A stretch of 61,822 bases of DNA, from positions 1-61,822 of IMG/VR virus record IMGVR_UViG_3300032285_001570. One strand, 5' to 3'. Shown in pieces: positions 54,111 through 61,822 of this stretch; the stretch's first letter is position 1, and every line of letters starts with the position of its first letter. The notes under the pieces are model-generated. The model did not search any database, was not told where the DNA came from, and worked only from the letters and a program-made list of their open reading frames with translations. Source of the DNA: a virus. Taxonomy: Duplodnaviria > Caudoviricetes. Both the position numbers and the translations under genes were made by a program.

Positions 54111-56134
54111 GCAGGCATGTATTTTTCAGCTTGTATCTGTTTACCTTGTTTCGGGTTACCAGTACGCGCTTTGCGTACTTTCGACATCATCGAATACAAC
54201 CGCTTTGCCCCAGCTTCAGTTGAGCCGTTACCTAAGTGCGACACAACATCTGCGGGGATTACAAATTCGCCATCAGCCAACGCAGCACGCTGGTTGGTTT
54301 TACCTTTTATCACAGCAGGAATGTCATCTGACATGCCATCCCCAGCGCCACGCAGTAGTTTACCGCCTGCAGCGTATTCTGGGAGAGCAGCCATACCGCC
54401 AGCAGCCATGTGCCTTAAGACTGGATTGCCGTCTTCATCGAGCACGTCATATCCGTAATCCGTATAGGTTTGGTCGCCTTGGTTGTAACCGTACTCGTGG
54501 ATGTTTGAAGGCTGTCCAGCGGGTCCTAATATTTTGGCTAATAATGAGTTTGGACCAATCTCGCCGCCCGTGTACTCACCACCAGAACCACCAATACCTA
54601 AGAACCCACCGCTACCCATTTTGATTTCGGTATCGTCATAGTCTGGAACCGTGCTTGATCGCGCATACTCTTCCTTGACGGCAGCTGCTTGCATCGCAGC
54701 ATTCTTGGCTTTCTTGTAACGAGCCAAGGTGGATGGCGACATCTTCTTAAACTGCGCTTCAAGTCCACGCAGCATATCGGTGCTGGAATATGGACCCACG
54801 CCCTGAGCATCGCTGTACGGACCCGAGCCAGAGGAGTCACTGTAAGGACCCATGCCGGGGTCATCGCTGTAAATCTTGGATGCATCTTGGCTGACCTGAC
54901 CGCCTCCAGCCATACGCTCTTCACCGGTAAATGGGTTGAGCTGTGTGTCGTAATCGCTTGACACAACATCCTGCTGCGTCGGTGCTTGCACCGGGGTGGC
55001 GTAGTAAGGGCGGTGGATGTTGGACTGCGGGTACATGTTGCCAAGATCCGGAACGATGCCAGGCTGGTTGGGAACCAGACCGCCTTCTGCAGCCGCGTAC
55101 ACGGGGAGCGCAGAATAACCTTGGTTGAGGAAGTATGACTCGCCTGGTTTGCCGAAGTTGGGATTGACCGTTCCAGAGGTGTACTGGTACGGACGAATGT
55201 TCCCTCTGTTTGCCGTCAGTCCAGTAACGCCGCTGAGTGTGTTTTGTTTTGCCAGAGCCTGTAGCCCGGCTGAAGCAAATGGAGAAACCGCAGAAATGGC
55301 TGCAGTTGGATTTGCTTTGGCAAACTTGAGCGGATCTCTTAATGCCTCAGAAGTTCCTGCGGACAGCTTATCCATATAAGACTGTTTCGGCGGGGCTTCC
55401 CAAGGCTGCAGTAAATTTGTCTCAGATTTTGGACCAAACAACTCTTGGGTAACAGCACTTTGATTGGTCAAAAGTGCACGGTCATCAACCGGTGGAGTTG
55501 GTGACGCAATCATCTCTTTTAACGGCTGTTGGCTTAGATCAGTCCCACTTTTTGCAGCCTCCCAGGCGTCAAAGCTTTGGTTAGCCAAATCATAAGTAGG
55601 TGTAGGAGCGGCCGCTGATGCCGCATATTCCGCTGGGTTAAAAGAGGCTGTTGCTGCTGGAGGTAAAACTGGGCCATAAGCACCAGTGCCACCATAACCT
55701 AGTGTTTGATAACCAGCAGGCAAGTTGGCTGTGGATGGCTCAAGCAGTCGCGATGCCTCTGAAATTTGTTCTGGTGCCATACCAACTAGTGAGCTGGTCA
55801 ACCCAGCGCCGCCGTACGCTCCTAAACCAGCAGTCAAACCCTTCATCAGGCTACCGCTTTGCAGCGCAGCAATACCGCCAACGCCCAAGCCAGCCATTAG
55901 CGGGCTGATTGCACCGTCTGTCAATATAGTAGCGCCGATGCCAAGAACGGTCGGCAAGAACGAATCCAATAATCCGGCTTCAGGCAAACCAGTCTTGGGG
56001 TTGATGGTTAGCGAACCACCTTGCGCCATAGCCAAAGACTGTAGACCCTGCACCTCGCGTGGGGTCATGTGAACGAGCATTTTGTCGTCGCCTCGACCAA
56101 GCGAAGCAAGACCTTGAGCGGTATGTTGGTACAT
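54107..56134 (-). CDS. Internal virion protein with multiple AxGG motifs and a SD.IPA...DGEFV domain
   Basis: GRGDDKMLVHMTPRE..TINPKTGLPE; GAGDGMSDDIPA...LADGEFVIPADVV. Confidence 0.65.
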   Translation of the reverse strand: MYQHTAQGLASLGRGDDKMLVHMTPREVQGLQSLAMAQGGSLTINPKTGLPEAGLLDSFLPTVLGIGATILTDGAISPLMAGLGVGGIAALQSGSLMKGLTAGLGAYGGAGLTSSLVGMAPEQISEASRLLEPSTANLPAGYQTLGYGGTGAYGPVLPPAATASFNPAEYAASAAAPTPTYDLANQSFDAWEAAKSGTDLSQQPLKEMIASPTPPVDDRALLTNQSAVTQELFGPKSETNLLQPWEAPPKQSYMDKLSAGTSEALRDPLKFAKANPTAAISAVSPFASAGLQALAKQNTLSGVTGLTANRGNIRPYQYTSGTVNPNFGKPGESYFLNQGYSALPVYAAAEGGLVPNQPGIVPDLGNMYPQSNIHRPYYATPVQAPTQQDVVSSDYDTQLNPFTGEERMAGGGQVSQDASKIYSDDPGMGPYSDSSGSGPYSDAQGVGPYSSTDMLRGLEAQFKKMSPSTLARYKKAKNAAMQAAAVKEEYARSSTVPDYDDTEIKMGSGGFLGIGGSGGEYTGGEIGPNSLLAKILGPAGQPSNIHEYGYNQGDQTYTDYGYDVLDEDGNPVLRHMAAGGMAALPEYAAGGKLLRGAGDGMSDDIPAVIKGKTNQRAALADGEFVIPADVVSHLGNGSTEAGAKRLYSMMSKVRKARTGNPKQGKQIQAEKYMPA

Positions 56135-56169
56135 TCAGTGCCCCCAGAAAGTGGGTTTTGTCAATAGTA

Positions 56170-57252
56170 TCATGTGTATAGAGCCGACACAAAGCCGATA
56201 GTAGCGATGACGGATGCTGTCGCTGGGTACGCAGGGCTTGTGCTTTTTGGGAATGTTGCGATGCTGACATCGGTTGCGTTTGATGTGAGCCAAAACAGTT
56301 CTACATAATCACCCGCTTTTAGGTTGATGTAGTAGTTCCAACCAGAAATTAAGTTGTTTGCTACACCCGCACTCTTCCTAGCTAATAACCCAACCTGACC
56401 GGTTGATCCAGCCAGATCCACACCGTTAACACGTATCCAAACGTAAGCAGTTTCAGAGGCATTACTAAGGCTAGAGAATTGCCCTGACCATTGAAAGTTA
56501 TAGGTGCCATCAACTTGCGCCACAATCTTTGATGTAACTCGACCAAGCAAAGACGCACTAGCAATCGTGCCGGATGTAGATGTTGAATATGTACCCACAC
56601 CACCAGCCGTGCCTGTTAATTGGTTAACGATGTGTGTGCCGTAGGCTGTGATTGTGGTGGAGGCTAAACTAATACTGCTTCCGTCTGGCACGTTGATTAA
56701 ATAAGTTCCAGTGCTACCCGTACCGCTAATTAGTTGAGCAATACGCGCACCTGTAACAAGACCCGCTCCGTCAACCAGATACTGACCGACCGCTAATGTG
56801 CCGGAAGATACTGCAGTGACGTTCATCACATTTGCTGTAATGCTGGCAGTAAAAACAGCACTCGCCCAACCGGTGCCAGTCAAGTGCATACCGTTATAGA
56901 TATAACCGGAAGATAACGCCGATACCGTGAGCGTGCTACCTGAACGAGAACCAGTAAATGCAGCTGTTTGGTCAGAAAGAACGAACTGATTTTGATAGTC
57001 GATTTGCGTGTATGAAATTGGCGTGGGATAAGTGGTTGAAGCGTTCTGTAGCGTGTTGTCTTGGAACGAAGCGCTTGGGAACTGCAATAGCGCACCGCTT
57101 AAGCTTGGGTTGAGCAAGCTACCGAAGACGTTATCCAGTTGGTTGAAGTACAAGCGCAGGACGTTACTAAACTGATCCTGATAGCGCTGCTCGTACTCAA
57201 CCGGACCGATAGGCAGGTTGGGCGCTTTTGGGGGGATGAGTCGCTGAACCAT
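56170..57252 (-). CDS. Tail needle/spike-like protein
   Basis: N-terminal helical LRLYFNQL, C-terminal beta-sandwich (G.YNFQ.S.Q..., L.AGDYVEL); follows nozzle. Confidence 0.55.
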   Translation of the reverse strand: MVQRLIPPKAPNLPIGPVEYEQRYQDQFSNVLRLYFNQLDNVFGSLLNPSLSGALLQFPSASFQDNTLQNASTTYPTPISYTQIDYQNQFVLSDQTAAFTGSRSGSTLTVSALSSGYIYNGMHLTGTGWASAVFTASITANVMNVTAVSSGTLAVGQYLVDGAGLVTGARIAQLISGTGSTGTYLINVPDGSSISLASTTITAYGTHIVNQLTGTAGGVGTYSTSTSGTIASASLLGRVTSKIVAQVDGTYNFQWSGQFSSLSNASETAYVWIRVNGVDLAGSTGQVGLLARKSAGVANNLISGWNYYINLKAGDYVELFWLTSNATDVSIATFPKSTSPAYPATASVIATIGFVSALYT

Positions 57253-59354
57253 TAGGTCTTACGTCCGTCAGGTCTGATGTCAATACGCGGTGTGCCTAGC
57301 TGCCATGCAACCCCTAAGTCGGTTGACTCAATACGGAATGACATCTGCCGACCACGCAACCGCGTAAACACTTCGTTCGTATACTGACTAACTGGGACAG
57401 TAGAAGTCTGCACCACCGCAGGAGAGTCGGCGTAACCATACGTAGCACCGGGGAAGGTACGTGGTTTCACAGTTAAGTTAACGTACGGTTGGTTTGCAGT
57501 TGACGAAGTGAAGTTAACGTCAGGAATCATCCGCGTTACAAACCCGTAGTTGTGACCGTCACCAATATCAAAGTCAGAAGACTGAATGTAAGAGTCAATC
57601 GCTACAGGCACGTCATCGTCACCGTTGTCTAAACCATTCTCATGCAAGATGATTGAGTTGTTTACACCTGAAGATACTGGTGTGTAGGCTGTATATGAAG
57701 TAGCGGTTGTGTTGTTAGCACCTCTCGTGCAGCCGGTAAACGTGTTGCCTGTTTTACCTGTGTAGGTAATGTCTTCAGAGCCGATCGTGAGCGTTCCTGT
57801 ATTTGGGAAGCTCGTACCGTCAACGACCACAATCGTCGTGGTGGTGGCTGTGATACTTGAGTTTAAGAACGTGCTCTGTACGCTATACACACCCATCGGG
57901 TTAGTCTGCAACGGACTATCGAGCCACGCTGTACGATTGATCGTGCCGTAATACCAAACGCGCTCTAGGTGGTTATAGATTACATAGCGGTCATTCACGT
58001 CTGAATTAGCAGATGGGTAGAACCACCACACTTCGTTGTAGCCCTCGTTAGACCCGCAGACAATCTGCTGCTGTTGGCTGACGTTGATGTCGCTAAATAC
58101 GTACTGGCGCAACGTGCATGGTAGTGTCTCAACGCGACCGGTATAGCTGTAGAACTTATCCACACCCATCCAGTAGGTCACGTTGTTTACGGTCACCGCA
58201 GCGTTTGGCGAAATGATGGAGATGTTGTCCATCAAAAGCTGGAAGCCCCACACGTACGGCGGTCCAAGATACTGCATGGAATAAATCGCCGCATCCGACC
58301 AGATCAAGATCTCCTGACGTGTAATCAGTGATGTGACCAAATACGAACCAGTTGCAAGGCGTTGTTCGCCTGCTTGATTGGTGGATAGCGGAACCCACTG
58401 GAATGGATTTTCTTGGTCAGACCAACGTACCAACATCGGGTCAAACGTAGTACTTGCATTCGTTGGATCGTATGGGTTAGCACCAATCGCAATCGTGAAG
58501 CGTTGCACGTCTGAGGAGACGATCTGATTGGTTTGGTTGGGCACAAACGTACCGTCGTAACCAGCCGTAGTAGCTGCGGACTCAAGCGTAATAGCGCGAG
58601 TCGTAAAGCCGGTATCGCGCACCCAATAATAAATATCCCCGCCACGCGGAGCGAGAAGCAGGTTGTCACCGTAGTTGTCCTGCGTCCAAAGCCGTAACTG
58701 CTGACCGACACCCACCGTAGCTGCTGAACCCCAACCGCCTCGGCTCCAGCCACCCGCACCCCAGCCTGAACCCGTAACGTAGGTCGCAAGACCCGCAGCC
58801 AAGAGCACACGGATCGTAACCGTGCCGCCGCCAGTAGCATTAGAAGATGCAGCCGTTGGGCTTGCAATTGTGAACGTATTACCGTCAGGCACCGTGACCA
58901 TCTGATATTCACCGCTGATTGTTAGACCGCCAACCGAAGCAGTGGTTGTAATGGTGACAAACGTACCAGCCGTGCCGCCATGACCTGAAGCCGTGACCGT
59001 GACTATCTTGCTGCCTGACGTGGTTGCAAGCGGCGTAGCGCCCAAAGCCACAGCACCTGCCGTATAGCCAGCCGCCCAAGGCGTAATGTCGTTATAAGCA
59101 CCGCCTGATTGGACGTAGTATTTTTGGTTTGTGCCGACTGCGACTAGGTTATAGCCATTCAGCGTGATCCAGTCCCACAAGGTACGGCAAGTACCAGCAA
59201 AATAGTTGGCCGACAAGCGCAGCCAACCGCCGATCTTTTCAGGAAAACCGGAGCGGAAGCGAATCTTGTCGCACTCATAGTAACCACCCTCGTTAGAGTA
59301 GTTCGTGCCTTCGCGGTTCACACCGGGGCGAAACTGTAGTTTTTGTAGTGGCAT
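57252..59354 (-). CDS. Tail nozzle / stabilisation protein
   Basis: 700-aa beta-rich; VRWSDQE, EVWWFYP, R.RGRQ..FRIES. Confidence 0.65.
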   Translation of the reverse strand: MPLQKLQFRPGVNREGTNYSNEGGYYECDKIRFRSGFPEKIGGWLRLSANYFAGTCRTLWDWITLNGYNLVAVGTNQKYYVQSGGAYNDITPWAAGYTAGAVALGATPLATTSGSKIVTVTASGHGGTAGTFVTITTTASVGGLTISGEYQMVTVPDGNTFTIASPTAASSNATGGGTVTIRVLLAAGLATYVTGSGWGAGGWSRGGWGSAATVGVGQQLRLWTQDNYGDNLLLAPRGGDIYYWVRDTGFTTRAITLESAATTAGYDGTFVPNQTNQIVSSDVQRFTIAIGANPYDPTNASTTFDPMLVRWSDQENPFQWVPLSTNQAGEQRLATGSYLVTSLITRQEILIWSDAAIYSMQYLGPPYVWGFQLLMDNISIISPNAAVTVNNVTYWMGVDKFYSYTGRVETLPCTLRQYVFSDINVSQQQQIVCGSNEGYNEVWWFYPSANSDVNDRYVIYNHLERVWYYGTINRTAWLDSPLQTNPMGVYSVQSTFLNSSITATTTTIVVVDGTSFPNTGTLTIGSEDITYTGKTGNTFTGCTRGANNTTATSYTAYTPVSSGVNNSIILHENGLDNGDDDVPVAIDSYIQSSDFDIGDGHNYGFVTRMIPDVNFTSSTANQPYVNLTVKPRTFPGATYGYADSPAVVQTSTVPVSQYTNEVFTRLRGRQMSFRIESTDLGVAWQLGTPRIDIRPDGRKT

Positions 59355-59355
59355 A

Positions 59356-60330
59356 TTACATCTCGCTTACATCAATGATCTGACCCCTAAACTGTACCTG
59401 TTCAGCATCCCACTTATGTACCAATTCGGGCCACATCAAACGCCCTTTGTGCAGGGTCAGGACAGCGAATCCTGAACGCCAGTTAACCGGATTATCCTCT
59501 AAATAATCGATAAATTGTGGACCATCTACTTCAGCAAGAGTGCCCGTGTCAACACCAAACCGAGTCCCGTTATAGTCGCTGTAAGGGGTAACTTTTAGAC
59601 TATGCAGGTGACCGGTGACAAAATGGGTTCCGCTGGTCAGGGTATTGTTGTGGGTAGCGTGGATACCACCCTTATAGCGGTGCTTTACAACCAACCCTTC
59701 CGACACCCAGCAGGACCAGCAAGGTGTCCATTTAGGGAAATGATCCTTCAGGGTAAAACCCTTGACCTTTTCGTACTGCGGCGAAGATTGCGCTAGGCGG
59801 GTTTCAAACCGAGCGTCATGGTTGCCTAGCGTCCAAACTAACTTGCAGCCACGCGGCGCTGCTGCCTCGATCTCTTCCAAAGCAGCCTGGCATGCGTGCA
59901 TTTCATCTATGACAGAAGGCTGGTGTGTCCAGCCAATTCTTGGATAACGGCTGATACTAGCGCCATCAAAGGCGTCGCCGTTGCAGATGATGGCTTTGGG
60001 CTTCAGCGTGCTTATCGCCCATAGTAGACCTTTGAAAGCAGTGGACCTAATCCCGGGCCAAAAATGTGCATCTGAGAAAACAAGAACCACACCATTAAGC
60101 AAGCCCAATTCGATACGAGCTTTATGAATATGGCTGACAGAGAGATGTTGTTTGCTTGTCCCATATACCGACTCTGAACGTAACTCGATTTTGTATTTGT
60201 TTTCAAGCCTTCTGCGCCTTGACATAACAGCACGAACATCTACATTTAGTTCTTTAGCAAGTCTGGTGGGGGATTTCAGCCTGTTCCAAAGATCTATAAA
60301 TCCATCATCATCTATTTTTTTGTTATGCAC
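59356..60330 (-). CDS. Calcineurin-like metallophosphoesterase with N-terminal HTH
   Basis: SDAH, GDAFD, GNHD, GHLH. Confidence 0.8.
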   Translation of the reverse strand: MHNKKIDDDGFIDLWNRLKSPTRLAKELNVDVRAVMSRRRRLENKYKIELRSESVYGTSKQHLSVSHIHKARIELGLLNGVVLVFSDAHFWPGIRSTAFKGLLWAISTLKPKAIICNGDAFDGASISRYPRIGWTHQPSVIDEMHACQAALEEIEAAAPRGCKLVWTLGNHDARFETRLAQSSPQYEKVKGFTLKDHFPKWTPCWSCWVSEGLVVKHRYKGGIHATHNNTLTSGTHFVTGHLHSLKVTPYSDYNGTRFGVDTGTLAEVDGPQFIDYLEDNPVNWRSGFAVLTLHKGRLMWPELVHKWDAEQVQFRGQIIDVSEM

Positions 60331-60340
60331 TTTGTATTCC

Positions 60341-60547
60341 TTAATTGATACTCATATTGGTATAATCAACAAGGCCAATTACAAAGTCTCCGGTGACCAA
60401 TATCAATTGGTCATTATCTAAGCCGATGTTATATCCATCGCTTAATTTTTGCGCCCAAACAATACGCCGACCAACTATGCAATCCGATAGATTTTTCTCT
60501 TCGGATTCAATGTATTTCGGCACAAGCAGTGCGCAGGTTTTTTTCAT
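60341..60547 (-). CDS. Hypothetical protein (start revised)
   Basis: ATGA coupling with lysin. Confidence 0.5.
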   Translation of the reverse strand: MKKTCALLVPKYIESEEKNLSDCIVGRRIVWAQKLSDGYNIGLDNDQLILVTGDFVIGLVDYTNMSIN

Positions 60548-61068
60548 GTCACCATAGACGCGGCAGATGTAAACACATTGTTTACACGATTCAACCACCC
60601 GTTTAAAAACTTTGCTTGGGTAGGATTACGCGCAACAATCGCCCTGTAAAAGTCCCGCTTCTGGTTGCTAAAAGCTTCAAGCATATCGGCGATATGTGTC
60701 GCATCTATTAAAGCCAACGTATTTTTTCCGATAACCCCATCCGCTTCAGCACCTACGGCGCGTTGCAGCAATTTAGCTGCCTGTCCAGTACCGGCATTGA
60801 CCGCAAAGTCAAACACGATGTAGTCCAATCCCGATGGAAGCTCATCGCAGTGGCACTTGTCCCAGTACATTTTCTTGTAGAATGGTTTGACGTCTTCACG
60901 AGTTAGGGCCTTCATTTCGCCATCGTTTATGGGACGCCCCAGATACTCAGACCATGCCGCCTTGGTTACGCCCAAATTTGTCTCGCCGCCGTGATCATGC
61001 GGGTCATTGACGTAGCCACCTTCGTTTTTGATTAGTAACTCAAAAGCGTTATCGTAGTTAGCTTTCAT
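60544..61068 (-). CDS. Endolysin, glycoside hydrolase family 108 with PG-binding domain
   Basis: EGGYVNDPHDHGGETNLGVT; DGVIG..T; FLNGWLNR. Confidence 0.9.
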   Translation of the reverse strand: MKANYDNAFELLIKNEGGYVNDPHDHGGETNLGVTKAAWSEYLGRPINDGEMKALTREDVKPFYKKMYWDKCHCDELPSGLDYIVFDFAVNAGTGQAAKLLQRAVGAEADGVIGKNTLALIDATHIADMLEAFSNQKRDFYRAIVARNPTQAKFLNGWLNRVNNVFTSAASMVT

Positions 61069-61289
61069 TTGTCAATTCTCTCCGTTACTTTTACCGCAGC
61101 CAATATGCCAATAAACCCGCCAACGATGGTTTGAAAGGCTGGTCCAATAATCGGAAAAACATCTTCGTTATTGATAACGCTGTTAGGCAGGAACAGTCCG
61201 TACAAAAAAACGCCAACCATCGCCACCATTACCAAAGACAGCGTGAGGCTGACGAGAATAGTCACAAAGCAAATGGTTTTTTCTCTCAT
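61065..61289 (-). CDS. Two-TM membrane protein (holin/antiholin candidate)
   Basis: Two hydrophobic helices adjacent to lysin. Confidence 0.6.
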   Translation of the reverse strand: MREKTICFVTILVSLTLSLVMVAMVGVFLYGLFLPNSVINNEDVFPIIGPAFQTIVGGFIGILAAVKVTERIDK

Positions 61290-61687
61290 TTCTTGTCCCG
61301 CTTCATGTCCATAATTTTCTCAAGGGTGCGTCCACCAAAGTAGAAGGACATAATCAACATCCCCCACTGACCGAGAAGCTGCACATACTCTGCATTTACC
61401 TCAATCTTTGCGGCAGACAGACCAGCAAAAATAAAGTACCCCGCAAGGATGGCAATCAGCGTCATCGGACGGATGTTCTTGGATAACCAAGAGTCGGAAC
61501 CCATGTCTGCTTTAAGACGGTCCGTTAATTCATGCTGTTCAGATACGTCCGCGTTTAGCTTGGCAAGCTCACCGTTTTGCTGCATTTCAAGAAGCTTGAG
61601 CTTTGCCGCCTCAGCCGCAGCCGGATCAGGAAATACTTTGTCAAGAATCTTGCTACCAATATCTAGTACAGCGCCTAATGGGAACAT
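61286..61687 (-). CDS. GTA-type 3TM holin (start revised to MFPLG)
   Basis: DMGSDSWLSKNIRP...SFYFGGRT.EK. Confidence 0.75.
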   Translation of the reverse strand: MFPLGAVLDIGSKILDKVFPDPAAAEAAKLKLLEMQQNGELAKLNADVSEQHELTDRLKADMGSDSWLSKNIRPMTLIAILAGYFIFAGLSAAKIEVNAEYVQLLGQWGMLIMSFYFGGRTLEKIMDMKRDKK

Positions 61688-61746
61688 TACATCACCTCGA
61701 TCATAAACCAAAGGATTGCACCAACTGCGATCATTAAAGCCATTAC

Positions 61747-61822
61747 AACTGTCGCAAGCTCAATTGCCTCTTGCTTCTCTTTAGATTTACGCTCGGCGAT
61801 GTCTTTTTCTAACCGAGCCTGA
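61747..61822. repeat. Terminal direct repeat identical to 1-76
   Basis: Exact sequence match. Confidence 0.97.

Noticed and set aside
61747-61822. 76-bp repeat as a biological terminal repeat
   Set aside because: Falls inside a gene and fits an assembler k-mer overlap
1-61822. Alternative genetic code
   Set aside because: Long genes are intact under the standard code, and TAA, TAG and TGA all act as stops with tight coupling

Overview
A complete, circularly assembled tailed-phage genome of 61,746 bp unique length. Bases 1-76 are repeated at 61747-61822, and a 177-aa ORF reads intact across the join. The architecture is podovirus-like: TerS, TerL, portal, GroES, scaffold, gpT-like major capsid protein, two adaptors, many tail-fibre/adhesin genes, GH108 lysin and holins, nozzle, ejection proteins and a 2217-aa polyvalent protein. 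It resembles uncultured freshwater proteobacterial phages; the host is an inference. Almost all genes lie on the minus strand, except an early cluster (28.8-32.5 kb) and rusA. The replication/recombination module encodes a TOPRIM primase, SF2 helicase, ParB-like protein, ERF, PD-(D/E)XK nuclease and SSB-like protein. I recognise no DNA polymerase, RNA polymerase, integrase, tRNA or CRISPR array. Most notable: (1) a non-coding island at 36.7-37.3 kb with a promoter/terminator-bounded sRNA whose loop is exactly complementary to ribosome-binding sites of two phage operons, a C4/CI-like antisense RNA, and a pseudoknotted G-tract-tailed RNA; (2) a C5 DNA methyltransferase split over two fully overlapping frames; (3) a recurring [M/Y/F]-[A/K]-x-G-G motif in basic core-like and ejection proteins, suggesting di-glycine maturation; (4) a 23-bp palindrome and an 11-bp palindrome family at operon starts; (5) an autonomous hyper-acidic mini-gene and a pseudoknot after the capsid gene. 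All family calls come from motif recognition by eye, not database searches.
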